Below, one piece after another: positions 17,636-23,622 of a stretch of DNA of 23,622 bases (within the stretch, counting starts at the first letter, position 1; the number at the start of each line of letters is the position of its first letter). The stretch is from Candidatus Bipolaricaulia bacterium (GTDB taxonomy: Bacteria > Bipolaricaulota > Bipolaricaulia > JBHIAT01). Made by a program: the position numbers and the translations under genes. The notes beneath the pieces are model-generated. The model saw only the letters and a list, made by a program, of their open reading frames with translations. It had not been told where the DNA came from and did not search any database. The DNA lies in assembly GCA_046758705.1 (NCBI GenBank), contig JBHIAT010000041.1, positions 1 through 23,622 on the forward strand. Reading direction: 5' to 3'.

Positions 17636-18705
17636 GTTCTTTCGATGACGATCGCGTCCTCGCTAACCTCCTTCACCACCCCGTCGATGCTGGCGTGGAG
17701 TGCGATGCTCAGGTTGGCGATATCCTTTATATCCCCTTCTACCGGCTCCCCGATGACATCCCCGACCTTCACCTCCTGACCGACCTCGACGGTCGGTTGG
17801 CTCGGCTTGCCAACCTGGTTCTGCTGAACGGAGATCCGAACCCGCTCCACCTTGTCCCTCAGATCGATGATATCGTCAGGCTGGGGATCCCAATCGAGGT
17901 ACCGGCTCAGGCCGAGTTTATCCATGATCACTGGCAGGGTGTCGCCCCAGATGGGCACGTCCTTGTCCTCGAGGTACTTGAACGCCTGCTGATTCCCTGA
18001 ATACAGGGATTTCTCAGCGATCAACAGGCCGTTGGTTGTCTTTTTGATTCCGTACTGGCCGACATCGACCCGATCGCCCATCATCGGCCCGCCGTCGATC
18101 ACCATGAGCTTATGAGATCGAGTCGTGATCACACCGGTGATCCCCAGGATGTCGACGACGTAGGTCCCGATCGGCGCCAGGTAGACCCGCTGTTCAGCCA
18201 CCTCGCCGTAGACGTTGAAGAATTTGTCGGTGACCGGCTGCTCGAGAAACAGCGCCCGGTACATGTTGTAAACGGTCTCGACGTTGTTGACGGTCACGCC
18301 GTACTGCGGCGGGATCTCATCGGCCGGAACCTCGATCCCGGTCACCGCCTTGGTGAGCCAGCGCTCCTCCCCCATTCCATAGGTGCTTTCGGTGTAGGCG
18401 ATCTCGAATTTATCCTCGAGATACTTGAGATCATCCTCGTCCTTGTCCTTGGCCCCGATGATGATCCGCTCGAACCCGAAGATCTCCTTGAGTGTATTCA
18501 GCACCTCTTGAAATTCATCGACATAGTTGTGCAGAATCAGTTTGTCCGCCTCATAACCCGGCTCCCCCTCCTCAGCGTTGACGATCAGAATCGGGGGCGG
18601 GTTGAGGTACTTAAAGTAGGTGGGGAATCCTGCTCCCCCGGCCCCAACGAGCCCGGCGTTTCGAAATACCTCGACAACCTGCTCAGGCGAATTGACCTCG
18701 GGCAA
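17632..18705 (-). CDS. PduS/RnfC-like flavoprotein (Complex I 51-kDa FMN domain + SLBB + barrel-sandwich hybrid), lacking the Fe-S domain
   Basis: AGLVGAGGAGFPTYFK, NAEEGEPG, YGMGEE, NNVETV, DGGPMMG, and C-terminal VGQEVKVGDVIG...LHASIDGVV. No Cys in 357 aa. TTG start 1 nt after the bcp stop, with an AAGGAGG RBS. Confidence 0.75.
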   Translation of the reverse strand: MPEVNSPEQVVEVFRNAGLVGAGGAGFPTYFKYLNPPPILIVNAEEGEPGYEADKLILHNYVDEFQEVLNTLKEIFGFERIIIGAKDKDEDDLKYLEDKFEIAYTESTYGMGEERWLTKAVTGIEVPADEIPPQYGVTVNNVETVYNMYRALFLEQPVTDKFFNVYGEVAEQRVYLAPIGTYVVDILGITGVITTRSHKLMVIDGGPMMGDRVDVGQYGIKKTTNGLLIAEKSLYSGNQQAFKYLEDKDVPIWGDTLPVIMDKLGLSRYLDWDPQPDDIIDLRDKVERVRISVQQNQVGKPSQPTVEVGQEVKVGDVIGEPVEGDIKDIANLSIALHASIDGVVKEVSEDAIVIERT

Positions 18706-18706
18706 A

Positions 18707-19171
18707 TCAGTTCCCTCCTTCGATCCCCTTCATCCGATTGAGAATCTCCTGACTGTGCTCTTGGGGAGAGACTTTGGGATAGACATGTTCAATGACACCC
18801 GACTCGTCGATGACGAAGGTGACCCGACGCGCCTTCCCTCTCGGATTCAGGACGCCGAACGCGTCCGTGATCTGCTTGTCGGGATCGGCAAGCAGTGTAA
18901 AACTCAGTCCATACTTGTCAGCAAACCGTTTGTGGGACGCGACATCATCTATACTCACTCCGACCACCTCAACGCCGGCGTCGGCGAACGCGCCCAGGTC
19001 ATCTTGAAACGCACACGCCTCTTTGGTACAGCCGGGGGTGTCATCTTTGGGATAGAAGTACAGCACCAGCTTCTTCCCCTGAAACTGGCTTAGGCTCACA
19101 TCGTTCCCGTCCTGGTCTTTAGCGGTGATCTCCGGCACCCGATCTCCCACACTCAGGGTCGGCATCTTCAT
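18707..19171 (-). CDS. bcp: Peroxiredoxin, BCP/PrxQ family
   Basis: LYFYPKDDTPGCTKEACAF (CxxxxC), RVTFVID. Confidence 0.93.
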   Translation of the reverse strand: MKMPTLSVGDRVPEITAKDQDGNDVSLSQFQGKKLVLYFYPKDDTPGCTKEACAFQDDLGAFADAGVEVVGVSIDDVASHKRFADKYGLSFTLLADPDKQITDAFGVLNPRGKARRVTFVIDESGVIEHVYPKVSPQEHSQEILNRMKGIEGGN

Positions 19172-19193
19172 CTCCCCATATTAAACCACGATT

Positions 19194-19222
19194 ATAGTAG
19201 CAACAGGCACTCCGGTTGTCAA
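19194..19222 (-). promoter_or_regulatory. Putative sigma70 promoter of bcp and the PduS-like gene
   Basis: Minus strand TTGACA (19222-17), 17-bp spacer, TG-C-TACTAT (19199-94), overlapping a TATAAT. Confidence 0.65.
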
Positions 19223-19262
19223 AGATCAGCGACCGATGTGGAGACGGACGGAAAGTATCCCC

Positions 19263-19293
19263 TTGACCTTCCAGTAACTGGAAGGTGTATAAT
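19263..19293 (+). promoter_or_regulatory. MerR-family (CueR-like) promoter/operator
   Basis: TTGACC, 19-bp spacer, TATAAT, with a perfect dyad ACCTTCCAGT-A-ACTGGAAGGT (19266-86) that fits ACCTTCC-N7-GGAAGGT. A MerR gene lies downstream. Confidence 0.9.
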
Positions 19294-19351
19294 TAACCTG
19301 GTACATCCCCTATGGGGGGATGGGAAGATCTAAACAAAGGAGGGATCTGTG

Positions 19352-19618
19352 ATGGTGAAGCTACAAATTCTCGAATCACCGGGCTGTGCCAAGTGCGCGT
19401 CGGCGAAGCAGTCGTGGGAGCGGATCAAGGATGACTACCCGCAGGTAGAAGCAGAAGCCATCGACATTACTGAGCACCCGGAGCTGGCCGTCGAACACGG
19501 CCTCATGTCCACGCCGGGTATCGTCATCGATGGCGAGCTGAAGGCATCAGGCTTCACGAATGAACAGCGCCTGAGGGAGCTGCTGGACGAGGCGATTCAG
19601 GCAAGGGAGCCGGTATGA
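19352..19618 (+). CDS. Small thioredoxin/glutaredoxin-like protein (CAKC)
   Basis: SPGCAKC, cis-Pro motif STPGIVIDG; AGGAGG RBS. Confidence 0.85.
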   Translation: MVKLQILESPGCAKCASAKQSWERIKDDYPQVEAEAIDITEHPELAVEHGLMSTPGIVIDGELKASGFTNEQRLRELLDEAIQAREPV

Positions 19619-20349
19619 CCGAGAACAAAGACCATAAAGAGGGGATGGTTATGGACAATAACAATAAAGGTGGGGACACGGCTGTGCTAACCGTGAGTGG
19701 GCGGCGGCTGTCGGCGAAACTTCTGATCATAGCCGCGGCCATCGCTGTGGCTGCCGGGCTTGCCGTCCTGTTCAATTCCTTCTTCGAAGGCGAGGCGGTA
19801 GCCAAAATTCAAGAGGCGATTGTAGGCACTGGAGACTTCTCAGCAGGACCTACGATTGCCTTCTCGCTGTCGCTCGTCATTGGCATAACCATGATTGTCG
19901 TTCCCTGTTCCTTTCCCATGATCTTCAGCCTGTCACCGGTGGCGGCGGAGGCCAAGACGACCCGGGGCTGGCTGGCCACCATGGGCCTGTTCACCCTCGG
20001 GCTGGCTCTGCCCATGGCGGCTGTGGGCGCCCTCGTAGGCGGTCTCGGCTTTGGCCTGAGAGAACTTTTCACCGAGAACGCCAAAGTCATCGCGGTGTCA
20101 TTGTACTCCGCCGTGGGAAGTGTCTGGTACGGCGCCGCGTTGCTCGGCGTCAACGCCATCGGCAGAGTGTTGCCCCTGTTTGTTATCGGGCTGCTGTTCT
20201 TTAGTGGCGTGCGGCCTCAGACAGTGACCCACTGGCTGACCCAGAAGCGGCAGACGGTCAAGCTGGTGAACGGCATTGGTCTGACCATCCTGGGTGCCTT
20301 TCTGCTCATCTTTTGGGGCATTATAGTTGGCCTGGGTGTCGGCTCGTGA
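19615..20349 (+). CDS. CcdA/DsbD-like membrane protein, probably internally deleted
   Basis: TM segment with PCSFP (the only Cys), GLFTLGL, and C-terminal GSVWYGAALL..AIGRVLPL...KLVNGIGL. The second CcdA Cys motif is absent. ATGA overlap with the thioredoxin-like gene. Confidence 0.6.
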   Translation: MTENKDHKEGMVMDNNNKGGDTAVLTVSGRRLSAKLLIIAAAIAVAAGLAVLFNSFFEGEAVAKIQEAIVGTGDFSAGPTIAFSLSLVIGITMIVVPCSFPMIFSLSPVAAEAKTTRGWLATMGLFTLGLALPMAAVGALVGGLGFGLRELFTENAKVIAVSLYSAVGSVWYGAALLGVNAIGRVLPLFVIGLLFFSGVRPQTVTHWLTQKRQTVKLVNGIGLTILGAFLLIFWGIIVGLGVGS

Positions 20350-20412
20350 TCTTTTAAGTGAGGTCATGGAAGTGAAGGTAAGGTCAGAAAGAAGCGCTGT
20401 GGGGTGATAAAG

Positions 20413-20838
20413 ATGGCTCAAGCTTTGTATATTGGCCAGCTGGCGGAGCGGGTCGGTCTGAATCCCAAGACGATCCGCTATTACGAGGATATTGGGCTCT
20501 TCCCCCGTCCGGAGCGCACCGCATCGGGCTACCGCGTGTACCGTCCTGAAGATGCTGAACGGCTGAAGTTCATCCGCAAAGCTCAGCTGCTTGGCCTGTC
20601 TCTGGGCGAGATTCGGGAGATCATCGGAATCCGAGAGCGCGGTCAGCTCCCCTGCGGCCACGTGCGCCAGCTGCTGGTTCGCAAGCTGGAGGAGCTGGAT
20701 CGACATATTGAGGAGATGATTTCGTTCCAACGGGACCTGAAGCAATACGTAGCAGAGCTGGAGGAGCGCGCTCACGACCCCAACGAAGTCGTTATCTGCC
20801 CGCACATCGAGGGGTATACGGGGCGGACGCTGAAGTAG
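20413..20838 (+). CDS. MerR-family heavy-metal-responsive transcriptional regulator
   Basis: IGQLAERVGLNPKTIRYYEDIGL, SGYRVY, LGLSLGEIREI, LPCGHV, C-terminal ICPHIE. Start is ATG 20413 or GTG 20404. Confidence 0.92.
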   Translation: MAQALYIGQLAERVGLNPKTIRYYEDIGLFPRPERTASGYRVYRPEDAERLKFIRKAQLLGLSLGEIREIIGIRERGQLPCGHVRQLLVRKLEELDRHIEEMISFQRDLKQYVAELEERAHDPNEVVICPHIEGYTGRTLK

Positions 20839-20985
20839 GTAGGTCAAGATTTGCGAGGGGTCAAGAGGGGTGAAATTTTTACTGTAATCGGCAACTGGGT
20901 AGAAAAGACAGTCTGCTTTGTCAAGGAAAACGGACACGAAGAGAGTGGCCCACAAACTTGACCATACAACTCCCAGAGTGGGGCG

Positions 20986-21444
20986 TTAGACGCTGCCCTC
21001 AGCCTGGGCTTCCAGTAGATCCTTCAGAGTGCCGAGATTGGCTTCTGTCTGCCTCTTGAACATGCGAGCGACGATTGGCTCGGCCACCTTGAAGAAACCG
21101 CTTGACTCTCCCTTGCCTACGACGGCGACCTTTGTACCGCCCTCGATAGCCTCAAAGGTCCAGCTGGCCTCCAGCTGTCCAGGCCCTGAGGTGGTCTTGA
21201 GCGAGACCGTCCTGTTCGGCTCGTACTCAGTGACCTCAAAGGTCGACTCGATCCGCCGGCCCAGGAATTGGCTTACCATTTGGTACGTCGTGCCCACACC
21301 TATCGGGCCCTCGGAAGTTTGCTCGTTTTCCAGGATCCCCAACTGCCACCGTGGGACATTCTCTGGGGCAGCCAGAAACGCGAAGACCTCCTCAACGGGT
21401 CGATTAATCACCACGCTTAGTTCTTCGCCTTCGACACTTGGCAT
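20986..21444 (-). CDS. SRPBCC (polyketide cyclase/START-like) family protein
   Basis: VINRPVEEVFAFL..PENVPRW, GVGTTY, VTEYEPNR, NLGTLKDLLE. ATG 21444 follows AAAGGAGA. Confidence 0.85.
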   Translation of the reverse strand: MPSVEGEELSVVINRPVEEVFAFLAAPENVPRWQLGILENEQTSEGPIGVGTTYQMVSQFLGRRIESTFEVTEYEPNRTVSLKTTSGPGQLEASWTFEAIEGGTKVAVVGKGESSGFFKVAEPIVARMFKRQTEANLGTLKDLLEAQAEGSV

Positions 21445-21494
21445 CTTGACATCTCCTTTCGTCTGTTGCCGGGGCCACCCTCCCGTGCTCACTG

Positions 21495-21989
21495 TCAATG
21501 TGGCTCGATTATATCCCTTATGAGAACCAGGTAGCAAATTGTGCTGAGAGCAAGAGGGTGAAGCTCAACCCGCGGCAAGTCTTTGGGTAAGCCACGCAGT
21601 CGCGCCTTGTATATGACGATGTGATACAGTTCACCCGCCTGTGGGGTACCCGGTGGATGAATCATCTCATAGAATGCACGAGGGCGAGGCTGGTCAATCA
21701 CCTCAAGTTGTTGGACTGAATTGCACCAGGGAATATACCAGGTGATAGGAGCGGGCACGATTTCAATGCCTGTTCCGATTTCCTCATTCGCTTCACGATA
21801 TGCGCACGTCAGCCAACCCTCACCTTCTTCTCGGTGACCACCAATACCAGCGTAGAACAGTTCTCCCGGAGGGCAACGATGTCGTGTGCCTGCAAGAAAG
21901 AATAGATAGCGTCCTTTATCATCTTGTAAAGCGAGACCAACGCCAGCTTCCGCGTTGTCGGGTACAAAGTCTGCAATCGCTCTTATCAC
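21495..21989 (-). CDS. Nudix hydrolase-domain protein, possibly 3' truncated
   Basis: Nudix box GGHREEGEGWLTCAYREANEEIG. GTG 21989 follows GAGGAG. The C-terminal tail looks non-conserved and overlaps the putative SRPBCC promoter region. Confidence 0.65.
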   Translation of the reverse strand: MIRAIADFVPDNAEAGVGLALQDDKGRYLFFLAGTRHRCPPGELFYAGIGGHREEGEGWLTCAYREANEEIGTGIEIVPAPITWYIPWCNSVQQLEVIDQPRPRAFYEMIHPPGTPQAGELYHIVIYKARLRGLPKDLPRVELHPLALSTICYLVLIRDIIEPH

Positions 21990-22099
21990 TGTGATTGTGC
22001 TCCTCAATCTGTTTTGAACTGGCCCACAATGACGCATAACTTCTTATTGGCGAACCTTTTTTCGCCCTTCTAACTATTGCCTCTTCATACTCCCCGCTG

Positions 22100-22822
22100 C
22101 TATGGATTGCCATTGGATTCAGTCCGCCTGTTCCCCTTGCTTGTGACGCGTTCACCCCGCTCCACCGGATAGCCGGCAGCCGCCCACTGGGGGAACCCGT
22201 TGGCCAGCCGTTTGACGCCGGTGATACCGTATCTTTTTAACTTTGCGATCGTCTCATCGGAGAGCGTGCAATAAGGGCCGCGACAGTACGCCACGATCTC
22301 CTCAGCCCCGACCAGCTCCTTCCAGCGGCGGTCGATCTCCTCGACCGGCAGTGAGATGGCCCCTTGGATATGACCCGCTTCATACTCATCGGCAGGACGC
22401 ACATCCAAGAGGATCACCTCTCCGGCCTCCATCCGCTCCCTGAGCTCCTCCAAGGTGAGCTCCTCTACCACCTCGCCTTGCTCTCGAAGCCCTTGAATGA
22501 TCCGCTGCATTTCCAGGAGTTGCTCGGTGGCGACCTCCTTCATGAGCTGACAGGCCCGGACCACCTTAGGGTTGACGATTCGATAGTAGACGTAGAGTCC
22601 CTGCTTGCGGGTGGTGACCAGGTTGTTTTGCCTTAAGAGGGTCAAGTGCTGGGAGACGTTGGCCTTGTTGATCCCCATCCGTTGGGTGAGTTCCTCCACT
22701 GACTTCTCGCCTTCGGAGAGCAGGTCGATGATCTGCAGTCTTTTGGGGTTGGCCATGACGCTGCAGACCTGAGCGTGGAGTTTGTAAGCCTCCTTATTCA
22801 AATCTAACCGTTCCTGTTCCAT
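22100..22822 (-). CDS. ArsR/SmtB regulator fused to a C-terminal rhodanese domain
   Basis: ANPKRLQIIDLL...ANVSQHLTLLR (ArsR HTH); LLDVRPADEYEAGHIQGAISLP and YCRGPYC (rhodanese). ATG 22822 follows AAGGAGG. Confidence 0.9.
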   Translation of the reverse strand: MEQERLDLNKEAYKLHAQVCSVMANPKRLQIIDLLSEGEKSVEELTQRMGINKANVSQHLTLLRQNNLVTTRKQGLYVYYRIVNPKVVRACQLMKEVATEQLLEMQRIIQGLREQGEVVEELTLEELRERMEAGEVILLDVRPADEYEAGHIQGAISLPVEEIDRRWKELVGAEEIVAYCRGPYCTLSDETIAKLKRYGITGVKRLANGFPQWAAAGYPVERGERVTSKGNRRTESNGNP

Positions 22823-22889
22823 CTGGACCTCCTTGGCTCCATGATCGGCTGTTTCACTGGTCAACACATTGTGCTTTCTTTTATTGAAA

Positions 22890-23488
22890 CTATTTGCTCA
22901 ACCAACGCTTCTCGAACAGGACTTTGGCGGCATGCCAGATGGTTCCAGGTCCCTTGAGCGTGACCTGGAGCGTCGGCGGCGTATAGAAGTTCCCGTAGCC
23001 ATAGGCCGCCCGGCCGTTCCCTACCTCCACAAAGCAAGCTCCGTCGCCCGCGAAGGACCGGACCTTGCCCCGACCCGTGATCGCCCGGACGATGTTGTGA
23101 GCCACCACCTCCGCCTGATTGGAGGCGAACACCCCGGCCACCGGCATCGGTTGAGGCTTCGGAGTGAACAGCTCCAGCTCCACCTGCTCCCGGATCCGCC
23201 GAGTTCGAAAGTAGGCCTCTATGAGAAAGGCTGCCTCATAGGGGGCGGCAGGACACTTGAACGGCAACCCGGCGATGGCCACCACCATCCGACCCCCTTG
23301 GAACGCCTGCAGGGCTTCCCACAACCTGATCGATCCCCCCAGCTCATAAAATAGGTGAACTCCCTCTATTCCCGCCGCCTGTCCACCATCACCACCCGAT
23401 GCTCCCGCCCCAGCCGCCGGCTCAGCTCGTGGGCCGCTGTCTGGCCGCCAACGCCTCCACCCAGAATCAGAATCGTTTGACCGGTCAT
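22890..23488 (-). pseudogene. Sulfide:quinone oxidoreductase-like FAD oxidoreductase with internal deletions and frameshifts
   Basis: ATG 23488 gives MTGQTILILGGGVGG...VMVDRRRE then a stop at 23366-68. Other frames give GVHLFYEL, FKCPAAPYE, PQPMPVAG fused directly to VFASNQAEVVAHNI, GACFVEVG and KVLFEKRWL. Confidence 0.8.
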
Positions 23489-23622
23489 GGTCGTGGTGTC
23501 ACCTCCTGACTCCATACGTCCTCTCCGACGATATCAACTGACCGTGCATCTGCATCCAATGTGACCTGTGCACCGAGGGGCAACGTCACCGTGTTTTGCA
23601 TATGACCACAGGGGAAGCGAAT
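23485..23622 (-). CDS. 3' end of an LD-carboxypeptidase (peptidase S66) gene, truncated by the window edge
   Basis: Minus frame IRFPCGHMQNTVTLPLGAQVTLDAD matches the S66 C-terminal GH...TLPLG pattern. Its TGA overlaps the ATG of the SQR-like gene. Confidence 0.65.
   Translation of the reverse strand: MRFPCGHMQNTVTLPLGAQVTLDADARSVDIVGEDVWSQEVTPRP

Noticed and set aside
20098-20955. 285-aa minus-strand ORF
   Set aside because: Antisense to the well-supported MerR and ccdA-like genes, with no recognisable motifs.
1-23622. tRNA, rRNA, integrase or intact transposase genes
   Set aside because: None recognised; no tnpA is present, so both OMEGA elements would need trans-acting proteins.

Overview
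GC-rich bacterial chromosomal window. Left end: the 3' part of a BREX anti-phage locus (pglZ, brxL) converging on housekeeping genes. Middle: glycerate kinase, phoH, a 7TM-HD phosphodiesterase and gcvH-gcvPA-gcvPB on the minus strand; rpmF-plsX-fabH-fabD-fabG-acpP on the plus strand; then apgM, a Fur/PerR regulator, a PduS/RnfC-like flavoprotein and bcp on the minus strand. Right end: a decaying metal/sulfur-redox patch (MerR-type promoter, thioredoxin-like gene, ccdA-like gene, MerR regulator, SRPBCC, Nudix, ArsR-rhodanese, a broken SQR-like gene, and an S66 peptidase tail). The main signal missing from the ORF track is two non-autonomous IS200/IS605-superfamily OMEGA (IscB/IsrB omegaRNA/HEARO-like) elements, each at an NTGA gene boundary. 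The first (13690-14279) sits at the fabD stop codon and carries a truncated omegaRNA, an inverted heptamer-repeat insert and an iscB 3' remnant. The second (17185-17554, minus strand) is an ORF-less, apparently complete omegaRNA cassette wedged between the RBS and ATG of the Fur/PerR gene, downstream of a promoter with a Fur-type operator. Also notable are a cysteine-free PduS-like flavoprotein coupled to bcp and repeated internal deletions in accessory genes. All calls come from reading motifs by eye; no database searches were run.
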